This document shows positions 7,757 through 17,264 of a DNA stretch of 64,000 nucleotides, piece by piece. The translations under genes and the position numbers were made by a program. The notes under the pieces were generated by a model. That model had not been told where the DNA came from, did no database searches, and saw nothing but the letters and a program-made list of their open reading frames with translations. The stretch is taken from assembly GCA_945865405.1 (NCBI GenBank), contig CAMBDS010000003.1, positions 143,436 to 207,435 of the forward strand, written 5' to 3'. Numbering within the stretch: position 1 is the stretch's first letter; every line of letters starts with the position of its first letter. This DNA is from Caldithrix abyssi DSM 13497. GTDB lineage: Bacteria; Electryoneota; AABM5-125-24; Hatepunaeales; Hatepunaeaceae.

Positions 7757-8341
7757 CTATCGCGGATCTTGCTGACGAAGCTGAGCGATCAGCATCTGCT
7801 TCCGGTCAATCGGCAACGCCAGAACTCGCTTTATCAGCTCAAGCGCGACGGGGGATGTCTTAATCGCTTTCGGTTCTTCACCAATGCGAGCAAAAAGCGA
7901 AGTCGGGATGGAATGAGGTGAATCAGCCGGTCTCGGTGGAGGTGCAGGTTTTTCGCGGCGGAAGAACGTAACCTTGATTGTTTCACTCTTCTCGGAATGG
8001 AGACGGATCTGACGCGGCTTGCGCGGCTTCGATTCTTTGACAGGATCAATCTTTTTGACAGATTCGACGGGCTTTTGAACCTTCTTCTTCTGCTCTTCAA
8101 GAAGAGTTGTCATTTTGCGGAGTTCTTCGCCAATTATACCGTGATCTGTCATATACTTTTCGAAATGAGCCCGGTCAAACTTATGCAAAAGCGCGATAAA
8201 CATCGGTTCGGTGACCGGGTGCATCTGCTTGCGAGTGACATCGTGACCAAGATCGATCAGATAATCGATAATCTCAGGGGTGGAAATCTTAAGAATACGG
8301 GCAACTTCAAATACACGTTTCGGAGTATATTCATCGGACAT
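7757..8341 (-). CDS. Hypothetical protein with an IF-2 N-terminal-like domain and a Lys/Pro-rich middle
   Basis: 194 aa. The N-terminus RVFEVARILKISTPEIIDYLIDLGHDVTRKQMHPVTE resembles the small IF2_N helical domain. The rest is low-complexity (KKKVQKPVESVKKIDPVKESKPRKPRQ). Confidence 0.5.
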   Translation of the reverse strand: MSDEYTPKRVFEVARILKISTPEIIDYLIDLGHDVTRKQMHPVTEPMFIALLHKFDRAHFEKYMTDHGIIGEELRKMTTLLEEQKKKVQKPVESVKKIDPVKESKPRKPRQIRLHSEKSETIKVTFFRREKPAPPPRPADSPHSIPTSLFARIGEEPKAIKTSPVALELIKRVLALPIDRKQMLIAQLRQQDPR

Positions 8342-8468
8342 TCAGTTCATCCTATCAGGTAGTTAAAGGAAATTGAAATTGGTACTTTTGCCTAATTTAA
8401 CTCAATTCAACGGGAGTTGCAATGGGTTAGAATGCAATTCCTGAATTTTTGAGCATCGACGGATTGCA

Positions 8469-10934
8469 TTATGGCTTCCTATAGCTCTCGTCGGCCCACC
8501 ACTCCTGAAGTGTTCTTTGCAGATTGTTAAATAGCAAATCCCCTATCTCGTCCTCTTTGAATCCCTGATTGAGCAACTCTTCCACTAACGGAGCATCGGA
8601 AGGGATGCCGATCTGCTTCCATTCCGGTTTTCCACGGTACTTCTTCATCAGATCGATATCTCGAATCAACAGAAACCATCCATATCCAAGTAGTGGCTCG
8701 ACACCTTTTTGAGGAAGCCAATAATAGATGTTTGTTTGATAGACTGTTGTGAAATCACAAATGACCTGACTCCCCCATAACCTAGTGAACTCTTCTGGTA
8801 TTACAACTGGCCTATTGTTTGGATCTGGTGGCAACGAATTGATCCAGGGTCTGATTCCTGCTCGTCTTGCATTGTAGGCAACACTGCGTGCTCCCGGAAC
8901 GGTTTTGCTCCCATCTAAAACCGTATCATTCAACCATAATCCCTTGTCCCAGCTTTCATTTACTGGTAAACCGGTACGAATGAAACCGAGTCCTAACTCG
9001 GCAAGTGCCTTCACGACCAAGGAATCAGCCGGGAAATTTGATCTAGTTATCATGGAAGTGACCCCCCGAAAGGGATTACCATTGTATCCTTTCAGCGTAG
9101 AATCGGAAAGGTAAGGCGCTCCGTTCGATTTTGCCCATTCTCTTGAAAGCTCTATTGCCTGCAGGAAAGTACTTTCCATCACATCGTACTTTCGGGAATC
9201 CTCATCATGCTTAACAATGTTAAAAATCGTCATTGGTACGGTATATTCAACTCCTGACAATCTATCTTGTGGCTTCGAGTAGCTCATTCTATTGGCGTTA
9301 ACTTTATCACGATAGCTTTGAGCAGGCAACAAATGGTTCGGTATCCAGTTAATATCTTTGGTTGCGATTTCCATTTCACGTACCCCCCCATACTTATTCA
9401 CCAGCCACTGCCCCCTGCCGCTGAATGGCTTCAGCGTCGTCGGATAACTGGCAAGCGAGTTAGCACAATGGAACATCATGTCGCCAACCGCCTGCATCAC
9501 CTCCGGCTTGATGTTTGCCGCCGAGTCACCCGGCGTGTGGTAGTTGGGATGCGCTCCCAGAGCCCCGATCACGTATGACGAAATTCCCGCATCGCGGAAG
9601 CTGGCGTGGTCGCTCGCGTCGTACAAACCGTGAAACTCAATCGGCTTCAATGACGAGTCAGGCCACCCGGCGAACAGCGCCTCGCCAAGCACCGGATACT
9701 CGCTGATCCCACCTACTCCCAGCGAACAATTCCCCTGCCCGACCATATCCATGTTCAACATGGCAACGATTTCCATCCCTTTCGGCAGGCGCATCTCTTT
9801 CACGAACGCTTTCGACCCACACAACCCCTCTTCCTCCGCCGCAAACCCCATGAACATAATCGAACGTTTCGAGCGCAGCTTCTTTTCAGTGAAGACCCGC
9901 GCCAACTCCATCATCGTCGAGGTTCCCGACGCATTATCGTCGGCACCGGGATAAATATTCCCCGCCGGATCGACGCCATGATGATCCATATGCGCCCCAA
10001 CCACGACAATCTCGTTACGAAGGATCGGATCGCTGCCAAGGAGTAGCCCCGCAAGGTTTTGCGTCTTGCGCTTCGGGTAATACTTGCCCGAAACCTGCAT
10101 CTCTACCTCAACATCGAGAACTCTTGAGATCGGAGTTTTCAGCGAATCGACGAGTTGTTTCCACTGATCTTTAGTTTTGCCGGTTCCTTTAAGTAGCGTG
10201 TCGGCGAACGTCTTCGAGACCCAAACCGCCGGCAGCTCTTCCCGATAATAATCTTCGGTGATCGTTGCGAGCTTGGGAGGGTCATTTTCGCAAAAGACGA
10301 ATCCGATGGCACCTTTTGACAAGGCATTGGTTGACTTCCTGCCGCTGGCTCCCCAGCTTCCGAAACTCTTCCCCTCGATCTGAGGCGTCCCGCGCCACGC
10401 AAGAACAATCGCTCCCTTGACATCGACTCCGGCGTAGTCGTCCCAACCGTTCTCCGGCGAGCTTATCCCGTAGCCAACAAAGACCAGCTTGGCTCGCACC
10501 TTGCCGAAACCGGAGTACTTGAAGACGTTGATCTCCTGCCAGAAGTTGGCGGTATCGACCGAACCGTCGCCAAAATGAGCGACCAGTCCGCTCGGCATCA
10601 GGTATTCTCCCGCCCCGTAATTAAAGCGGTGCATGTACCCGTCGCGACCCCAGGGCGGCTCAAGCTTCAGATCGCTGAAATGTCCGCCGATGTAGAGGTT
10701 GGCTTTATCTGTGCCTTGGAAGCCGCTATAGCGACCCTTCAGGGAGTCCGACGCAAGAACCCGCACGTGCTGCATCGCCCTTTGGGCATCGAAGCCGGAG
10801 TCCCACCCGGGTTGACCGGGGAGAGGCGACGCGGAAAATGAGGTGGAAGAAATCGTTAAAAGCAGGGCGAGTGCGAGCGAAGCGGTGCGAAGGTTGAAGC
10901 GATTCGGCGATAGCCGGTGGTTTTCAGAGGGCAT
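8469..10934 (-). CDS. M28-family metallo-aminopeptidase with PA domain and a ~330-aa C-terminal extension
   Basis: Signal peptide. PA-like segment (VKGAIVLAWRG). M28 metal ligands in order: GAHMDHHG, DDNASGTSTMMELAR, FAAEEEGLCGS, LNMDMVG, HPNYHTPGD. Confidence 0.85.
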   Translation of the reverse strand: MPSENHRLSPNRFNLRTASLALALLLTISSTSFSASPLPGQPGWDSGFDAQRAMQHVRVLASDSLKGRYSGFQGTDKANLYIGGHFSDLKLEPPWGRDGYMHRFNYGAGEYLMPSGLVAHFGDGSVDTANFWQEINVFKYSGFGKVRAKLVFVGYGISSPENGWDDYAGVDVKGAIVLAWRGTPQIEGKSFGSWGASGRKSTNALSKGAIGFVFCENDPPKLATITEDYYREELPAVWVSKTFADTLLKGTGKTKDQWKQLVDSLKTPISRVLDVEVEMQVSGKYYPKRKTQNLAGLLLGSDPILRNEIVVVGAHMDHHGVDPAGNIYPGADDNASGTSTMMELARVFTEKKLRSKRSIMFMGFAAEEEGLCGSKAFVKEMRLPKGMEIVAMLNMDMVGQGNCSLGVGGISEYPVLGEALFAGWPDSSLKPIEFHGLYDASDHASFRDAGISSYVIGALGAHPNYHTPGDSAANIKPEVMQAVGDMMFHCANSLASYPTTLKPFSGRGQWLVNKYGGVREMEIATKDINWIPNHLLPAQSYRDKVNANRMSYSKPQDRLSGVEYTVPMTIFNIVKHDEDSRKYDVMESTFLQAIELSREWAKSNGAPYLSDSTLKGYNGNPFRGVTSMITRSNFPADSLVVKALAELGLGFIRTGLPVNESWDKGLWLNDTVLDGSKTVPGARSVAYNARRAGIRPWINSLPPDPNNRPVVIPEEFTRLWGSQVICDFTTVYQTNIYYWLPQKGVEPLLGYGWFLLIRDIDLMKKYRGKPEWKQIGIPSDAPLVEELLNQGFKEDEIGDLLFNNLQRTLQEWWADESYRKP

Positions 10935-11339
10935 AATCTTTTCTTAATTGGATTTAGTTTCGCTGGCAGACGGGACATCTGCCAGCACCAAACAGAATTT
11001 TGTTGTATTTATATTACTTTTGCTGTAGTGCCATATTTATCTTCACATCTTCACAATCGTCACAGGGCTTACTGGATTGGTGTTTGGGGCGTGATTTTGA
11101 GTTTCATTTCCGTCACCAACTTCACAGAATATGGTTAAGGATTAAGGTTCAATGGGATTCAACCTGAACGCAACCAATATACGACAATTTAGTCAAAAAA
11201 GCAAGTGGCTTATGGCAATATGTTGCTTATATTAAAATAAATTTTCGAGCAGGTACTCTTGCCCGCCCGATTCTAGTCCGGTAGTGCCGATTTAAATCGG
11301 CACTACCAAGACCTGCACTACCAAGCATGATTTTGGCAC

Positions 11340-11361
11340 GGGCGGACAAGAGTGTCCGCCC
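11340..11361 (-). terminator. Hairpin 13 nt downstream of the 11374 stop
   Basis: gggcggaca-agag-tgtccgccc, a 9-bp perfect stem with no U-tract. Member of the GGAGGGCGGAC hairpin family (see findings). Confidence 0.5.
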
Positions 11362-11373
11362 TCCAGGAATCTT

Positions 11374-14300
11374 TTACTTAATGCAGACTACCTTCATCCG
11401 ATGCGTCACTCCGCCAGCCTTGAATTGCACGGCATAGACCCCGGAAGGCAGGTCAGTCGCGTCGAACGTCAGCTCATGCCTGCCAGCCTGCTTGAAGTCG
11501 TTCGCCAGTCGCGTCAGCATCCTGCCGTGCAGATCATAGAGCGCCAGGTCGATGTTTCCCGCCGCGGGTAGTTCATACGCAACCCGGAACGACGCATTGA
11601 ACGGCGATGGATATGCCGAAAGCAGTGCCGCATTAACTGGCAGAATATCGCTCCCGTCGTGAACCTCCAGACCAATGACGCGCAACGAAACCGGTATCAC
11701 CAGCCGTTCACCAGCCGCGTTATGGGTAATGATAACGTCACCGGTGACCGTCCCTGAATCGAGTCCCGCCGTGTTCAATTCGATGATAAACTGGCTCGAA
11801 CTGTCTGCCAAAATTAACCCGCTCTCCTGCCGAAGTCCAAGCCATGTCGTCACGATCCCCAACTGATAAACGTCGATGTGGTCGCCGCCGTGGTTGTTCT
11901 GCATATCGTCTTTCAAAACAACCATCGACCAGTCGTAAACCGCGTAATCAGGGCTGATGTCAAGCCCCATCGGAGCCTCCGGTTCGTTCGGGATAAACTC
12001 CGAAACGTACATCGTATCGCTTCTGCCCGCAAGCGAGTATTTGTGTAGCAGTGACCTCGGGTTGTTCAAACTGTCATTTGCGGTGTGGAAGACGTAAAGG
12101 GGAAAGTCGTCGGGATCGTTGGGCCAGTACCCCAGCCCCGTGATCTGGAAACCGCGCTGACTTAATACGGAAAAGACCTGACCCGCCCGGTTACAGCCGT
12201 AAATGCCGTTATTCCTCTGCGATCCACTCACCCAAAGCAATTCACGTACAGGATCCCAGGCTATACCGACATTTTCAGCGTAAGGCCCAATAAACTGGCG
12301 CTGGATTCGACCATGTAGATCGAATCCATAGATGTTGCGCCCGCCGGCACCCCAAAGCAGCTCTCCGTCCCACGCAAGGTCTGGCATCGGCGCCATCAAT
12401 ACACCCGGCTGAGGGAAACTATCGACCAGTGCACCTCGCTCGTTAAACTCATAGAGTAGCGGCGTCCGGCCATCGTATCGTCCAGTCGCATAGAAGCGGT
12501 CACCAACATGCGCCACGCCGACCAACCCCAAATCGCCCGCCCGCCTTGCCGCCGGAAAACTGAATCTGCGATGGCCAATAGGCTCGCCTTCTCCTTCGAC
12601 GATCTTTTCGGCTTCCCACCTGAGCGGCCCGTTGCCTTCATTGTGCATCTGCAGTTCTATCAGCTCGGCTTCTCCGGCATCAAGAGTGCGCTCAATATCA
12701 TTAGCTGGGATCGAGAATTCGGGATGTGTCAGGCTGAAATCGACCGTGACGGTGTCGTTATGTTCAATGGCAATCCCTTCGCGTGACTGCTCGTTCCAAC
12801 CCTGTCCCTCAGCAGTAAGGATATAGCCTTCGCCAATCGCCAGATCGAGATAATAAAAACCGGCATTATCCGTGACGGTTCGCCCTCGCCGGTTGGCTTT
12901 GACGGTCACTCCGCTCGCTCCACGGCCTGTCTCAAGATCGGTCACTCGGCCTTTGGCAACCCCGGATAACACCTGCAACGTAGGCGAGAAGGTAATCGCC
13001 ATCCTGTCAGCAATCTCGCGCGCTCCGGCCGGGTATTGCGCCCAATAGGTGTATTCCAGCCCGCCGTCGTCCTCGAGGTTACCGATGCCGATCATGCAAA
13101 ACGGCAGGTCATTATGTGCAGGACGATTCTCGTTGGTGATGTCGAGGTATTGGAACGTGATAACCCCGTCACCGCTCGGCGTCGGCAAGGAGCTTTGGGC
13201 ATAGAGAATAATCTGGAAAGTTTCAGTTGCGCCCTGCCTGTCGTTCTCCAGCAGTCGCTTCATGCCACTCCACTCGATGATGAACTTGCCGCCGGCTTCG
13301 TCGTAGTAATAGTAAATTCCCGATCCGTTGGGCGTCACCAGATTGTCCCACCACGGGCAGAGTTGAGCGGAAGGTCCGAGCGCCTGTCCAACGTGAGTTT
13401 TCCGAAAATCCGCCAGTTCGCTCTGGTCTCCGAACGCCGCCCAACCATTCGTGCAGACGGTTATCTGGTCGAACTCTTCACCGTAGTACTTGAAAGCAAA
13501 CGGCAATTCGATCATCCGGCTCTTATCATCGTTGTCGCCGGTGTCGGTAATGTTAATGCGAGTTCCTTCGAAATCGCGACGCTGAGCATTCGGGTCGATC
13601 TCTATCCAGTCATAATCAGGAGCCATTGCCCACGATGTATCGTAGGAATCGAAACAAAGGTAGCCATATTTGTCAGGCCCGAACGGATCACGTAAGCCCG
13701 GTCTGCCAACCGTAATCATCGCCGAAGCGGTTGTGCTGGTATTATCGTCAAAGTCGATTTGCATTTCGAGCGGGAACTGCCGTCCCGGGACGATGTTGTT
13801 GTTCGTCGAGATGCGGAAGGGCTGGCTGATCTCCCACTGAGTGTCGCCGATGTCGAGGCCATCATAGCTTGCCTGATTCTGATGCACCGTCAAGTCGCGG
13901 TCGCGGCTGATCAACGTGGCCGTAAAGCCGACCGATGGGATTGAGCCGAAGTTGCTTAAGGAGTAGGAAATGTTACGGATGTCACCAGGGTTTAAGATCC
14001 CGCCGCCTTCGACTTGTAGCGCACCGACGGTGATGGCGGTTGCTCCGCTGACAGGTTCGATTGCCGAGACCCAACGTCTATTCCCGACGAATAAAGTTAT
14101 CTCGAGGCGATGCTTCACAAGGTCTGGGCAATCGGGGGTGACGCTGATTTGGTGGTTGACCTCAATGCTCTCGCCCGGTGCAGGTGCTTCACCCAAGTAG
14201 ATCGTGTCAGCCACAACATCGACCCACGGGGACATTGAAGCGATTTTGATCCCAATTCTTCCGTCGATTTGATCCGAGCCGCTGTTCACAACGGCAAAAG

Positions 14301-16344
14301 TCAACTCCACAACCTCCCCCGGGTTCAATAACCCATCTCCATCCCCATCCTCTATCCACCAATCATCGACTCCAAGAAATTCCACACGCTCCACAACGTC
14401 AGCCGAACCGAGATAAGGCCTGACGTTGTGCTTGGTGACGGTCACGAGAATCTCGCCTTCGCTCATTGCATTGGGGTCAAAGGAAAATTCAGCTATGCCG
14501 TCAGCGTTAGTGTAGGCTATCTCGTGGAGTTCATCACCCTTGTAAAGGCATACCAGTGCCGCTTCGACAGGCCCGCCATCTTCGTCGTCATTGGTGACCG
14601 AGACTGCATAGTGACTCTGCCCGATAGCAAGTGTGGCAGGATGGTCAACCTCTATCCGCGTCGGCAGTCCCGTCCAAAGGTGGGTTCCGGCGTCGCCCAT
14701 CAGATTGTTCCACTCCATGTGGGTAAGGAAATTGTTGTCGAACCCGGAGTAGGCTCGCCATAGCTCAAACTTACCAGCATTCAGCCCCCAACCGAAGGCG
14801 AAAAGATCGTCCTTGTAGATGCCTTTCCAGACGCCGCCAGCAACCAGATTGTTGTACTTGACGTTGGTGTTGGGTGTCGCAGTACCTATCGCCCCTACTG
14901 CCCCGAAGCGAGCGCGCAAGAAGTGCTCGGTATGGCCGTCCGTCTGCTGGGTGAAGTTTCCCGTTTCACAGGAGATCGCAAGGACAGCTGGCCAACGACC
15001 ATCAATGCCGGGAAGGTTGTCGATCACATTGACATTCAGGTTGTTCATCAAGTGAAACGCCCGGTAATGAAGTACGGAAATCCCCCAACGGAACCATTCG
15101 GCGAGAAAAGGCTGCTCGCCTCGTGCGTCGCCATTTTCAGGCCAGAAATACCCACGAACTTCCGAGAAGCCGAGGTTGTAGAGTTCCTTCCTGACATATT
15201 TGGCGACAAAGACTTCCGATATTCCGTTGATGCTGGAGCCTGCGACGACTCCACCATGCAGAAACCACTCTTCGTTGCCATCGAACGGATCAGCCTCGTA
15301 GGTAATAAGTTTATGCACAATCGTGTTTAACTCGGCGGTAGTTCGGCAGCTAAGTCTCCCGATAGCGAGATCGGCAAGGGCATCGTTGCCTTCTTGCAGA
15401 GTATATCCCCAATCCCCCTGTTGTGAGTAAGCTGGAATGTTGAATTCCCCGCGGGATGCGTCGCCGACGAGAGTGACAAACTCAACCGGCGGTTCAGCTC
15501 GATAAGCGTCGCGAATGATCGGTGCAATGACGTTCTGGTTGGCGTTGTTGGCCACGATAGTGACCACGACTTTGTGCCCCTGACGGCGACGCCACTCGAG
15601 CAGAGGCTGCATTGCGTCAATTGCACCTTCGTGATTGGGGATGATGTAGAGGTAACTGCCGGAGAGTTCGTTGTCGCGAGGTGGAGGTGGTGGGTTATCG
15701 ACGAGCGAGTTTAACAGCTTGTAGGCGTAGCGCGACGGACGTGGTCGGGCGGCATCTTCAACCGGATTGACTTCGTCGCCCTGGTATTCGAGCCGGAAGT
15801 CGAAGTTGTCATTATGGCGGACTTCACCGGTCGCGAGATTGACTTGCTCAGGGAACATCGTAACAGTGACGATCCTGTAACCCCGCATGATAGCTGGTTC
15901 GCCGATGATGACCTTTTGCTCGGGCCAGAAGCCGTCATCACCGGTCTCAAGCAACGTCTGCATCGCGTTATTGGCGTCAAGACCCGTCACCACAGACCTG
16001 AGAGTTCTCTCAAGACGGCTGTCGGCCTTGACATTCGCCAACCTGACCCCTCCCGTTGGGGGGATCAGCAGATTGCGCGAAATGAACGGTACCTCAGGCT
16101 TGTCATTCTGAGTAATAGTTGCAAAGCCGGGGATAGCCTCCGCCGCTTCGAGCGAGTTCTCGAACTCGAAGACCTCGGCTGGAATTTTCGCCTGGATGTG
16201 AAGGAATTGCGGCGTCGATTCGAGGATCTGTAACGATCCGGGGCTGACCGATTTCTCAAGTCTCTCTGCGGCGCCGATTGACGACGCGACGGATAATATT
16301 GCAATCCCTATGAAATATGCCACGCGTGAGCGCATCTTTTGCAT
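11374..16344 (-). CDS. Giant gingipain (peptidase C25)-like T9SS-secreted protein, paralog 1 (1656 aa)
   Basis: Signal peptide. C25-like core (YLYIIPNHEGAIDAMQPLLEWRRRQGHKVVV; VTLVGDAS; WPAVLAISCETGNF). Ig/CARDB-like repeats. GPDKYGY...NGW..F module. CarboxypepD_reg-like domain (GRVTDLETGRGASGVTVKA). Propeller-like repeats (LAWDGELLWGAG). T9SS C-terminal domain (YPSPFNASFRVAYEL...YDLHGRML...GVYAVQFKAGGVTHRMKVVCIK). Confidence 0.85.
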   Translation of the reverse strand: MQKMRSRVAYFIGIAILSVASSIGAAERLEKSVSPGSLQILESTPQFLHIQAKIPAEVFEFENSLEAAEAIPGFATITQNDKPEVPFISRNLLIPPTGGVRLANVKADSRLERTLRSVVTGLDANNAMQTLLETGDDGFWPEQKVIIGEPAIMRGYRIVTVTMFPEQVNLATGEVRHNDNFDFRLEYQGDEVNPVEDAARPRPSRYAYKLLNSLVDNPPPPPRDNELSGSYLYIIPNHEGAIDAMQPLLEWRRRQGHKVVVTIVANNANQNVIAPIIRDAYRAEPPVEFVTLVGDASRGEFNIPAYSQQGDWGYTLQEGNDALADLAIGRLSCRTTAELNTIVHKLITYEADPFDGNEEWFLHGGVVAGSSINGISEVFVAKYVRKELYNLGFSEVRGYFWPENGDARGEQPFLAEWFRWGISVLHYRAFHLMNNLNVNVIDNLPGIDGRWPAVLAISCETGNFTQQTDGHTEHFLRARFGAVGAIGTATPNTNVKYNNLVAGGVWKGIYKDDLFAFGWGLNAGKFELWRAYSGFDNNFLTHMEWNNLMGDAGTHLWTGLPTRIEVDHPATLAIGQSHYAVSVTNDDEDGGPVEAALVCLYKGDELHEIAYTNADGIAEFSFDPNAMSEGEILVTVTKHNVRPYLGSADVVERVEFLGVDDWWIEDGDGDGLLNPGEVVELTFAVVNSGSDQIDGRIGIKIASMSPWVDVVADTIYLGEAPAPGESIEVNHQISVTPDCPDLVKHRLEITLFVGNRRWVSAIEPVSGATAITVGALQVEGGGILNPGDIRNISYSLSNFGSIPSVGFTATLISRDRDLTVHQNQASYDGLDIGDTQWEISQPFRISTNNNIVPGRQFPLEMQIDFDDNTSTTASAMITVGRPGLRDPFGPDKYGYLCFDSYDTSWAMAPDYDWIEIDPNAQRRDFEGTRINITDTGDNDDKSRMIELPFAFKYYGEEFDQITVCTNGWAAFGDQSELADFRKTHVGQALGPSAQLCPWWDNLVTPNGSGIYYYYDEAGGKFIIEWSGMKRLLENDRQGATETFQIILYAQSSLPTPSGDGVITFQYLDITNENRPAHNDLPFCMIGIGNLEDDGGLEYTYWAQYPAGAREIADRMAITFSPTLQVLSGVAKGRVTDLETGRGASGVTVKANRRGRTVTDNAGFYYLDLAIGEGYILTAEGQGWNEQSREGIAIEHNDTVTVDFSLTHPEFSIPANDIERTLDAGEAELIELQMHNEGNGPLRWEAEKIVEGEGEPIGHRRFSFPAARRAGDLGLVGVAHVGDRFYATGRYDGRTPLLYEFNERGALVDSFPQPGVLMAPMPDLAWDGELLWGAGGRNIYGFDLHGRIQRQFIGPYAENVGIAWDPVRELLWVSGSQRNNGIYGCNRAGQVFSVLSQRGFQITGLGYWPNDPDDFPLYVFHTANDSLNNPRSLLHKYSLAGRSDTMYVSEFIPNEPEAPMGLDISPDYAVYDWSMVVLKDDMQNNHGGDHIDVYQLGIVTTWLGLRQESGLILADSSSQFIIELNTAGLDSGTVTGDVIITHNAAGERLVIPVSLRVIGLEVHDGSDILPVNAALLSAYPSPFNASFRVAYELPAAGNIDLALYDLHGRMLTRLANDFKQAGRHELTFDATDLPSGVYAVQFKAGGVTHRMKVVCIK

Positions 16345-16589
16345 GATCTCTCTCGATTCTGAGTCATAGTCTTCCCGTTATCAGCTATTGAGGTAACGGG
16401 GTTAAACTCATTGATTTCGGTAATTTTCGCTTCAATCGAATCCTTTATTCCGCATGGTTAAGGCGTAACAGGATTAAAATACGAACTCCAGACCTGCAAA
16501 AATACTTCCAAGTCGTTAAATAATTTTTCTGGCTCGATTTTTGAGGTGCGAGTATGGTAAAAATAGTTCGTCTGATCCTGGGCAATCTC

Positions 16590-16618
16590 TTGACAGAAGG
16601 GCAGATCTAAACTATCTT
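16590..16618 (+). promoter_or_regulatory. Sigma-70-type promoter upstream of the methyltransferase-like pair
   Basis: TTGACA (16590-16595), a 17-nt spacer, then TATCTT (16613-16618). Confidence 0.35.
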
Positions 16619-16712
16619 TAAGACGGTTCGGAGTCTCTCAACCAAGCAAATCGGGACGCACATCTCTCTCCAGAAGCCGGTTCGGCTCGACATAGGTTGC
16701 TCATATCACAAG

Positions 16713-17264
16713 TTGCCTGGCTGGCTTGGAGTCGATATTGAGCGTGGCGAAGATACCGACATCCTCGGCGATCTTCATACGATGCCGTTCAAAGATTCTT
16801 CGGTCGATGAGATCCACTCAAGGCACACCCTTGAGCACGTCCGCGAACCGCTCCTTTGCTTTGCCGAGATGTACCGCGTCGTGAAGGAAGGCGGCAGGAT
16901 CACGATCATCGTCCCGCACTATTCCAACAACGCCTACTGGTCGGACATGACGCATCTGAGGCCCTTTGGGGTGCGGGCATTCGAGTATTACGATCTCGAT
17001 CATGCCCGTCGTTCCGGATTCCCGATTTACCTTCCTCATGTTAACTTAAGGACTCGCCGGATCAGCCTGACGTGGTGGCCTGAGCGAATCTTAATTAATA
17101 AAAGTCCGTTGAAGCGAGGGCTCTTAAGATTTGCAAATGGAGTTTTCAGCGGTCTTGCCAATGCCAACCTTTTCCTCTGCGAGCGGTTCTGGTGCTATTG
17201 GGTGGGCGGCTTTTACGAGGTCACTTTTGAGCTTGAACCAGTGAAGGGGGGAAAAGATGCCTGA
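16713..17264 (+). CDS. Class I SAM-methyltransferase-like protein 1 (conserved N-terminus starts upstream at about 16662)
   Basis: GWLGVDI...GDLHTMPFKDSSVDEIHSRHTLEHV...VVKEGGRITIIVPH matches the Methyltransf_11/23-type layout. It is a paralog of the next gene. The in-frame upstream sequence encodes (I)SLQKPVRLDIGCSYHK, which aligns with MPDDKKHKLDIGPSYYK of the paralog. Confidence 0.6.
   Translation: MPGWLGVDIERGEDTDILGDLHTMPFKDSSVDEIHSRHTLEHVREPLLCFAEMYRVVKEGGRITIIVPHYSNNAYWSDMTHLRPFGVRAFEYYDLDHARRSGFPIYLPHVNLRTRRISLTWWPERILINKSPLKRGLLRFANGVFSGLANANLFLCERFWCYWVGGFYEVTFELEPVKGGKDA

Noticed and set aside
7329-7921. Track ORFs 7329..7745, 7348..7548 and 7505..7921
   Set aside because: They run straight through the two tRNA genes, the promoter and the terminator. 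They are artefacts of a non-coding region.
11333-11350. Sigma-54 promoter (TGGCACG at 11334..11340)
   Set aside because: There is no TTGC -12 element at the correct spacing. The site points into the 3' end of a convergent gene and is part of a terminator hairpin. No other TGGCAC-N5-TTGC was seen in intergenic DNA.
13036-13695. A 219-aa plus-strand ORF inside C25 paralog 1. Similar long antisense ORFs occur at 34852..35496, 35515..35970, 53215..53949, 63355..63963, 22202..22729, 23234..23764, 6525..6986 and 37078..37578
   Set aside because: These are shadow ORFs antisense to long, well-supported genes. They have no motifs and Arg/Ser/Pro-biased composition, which is typical of antisense frames.
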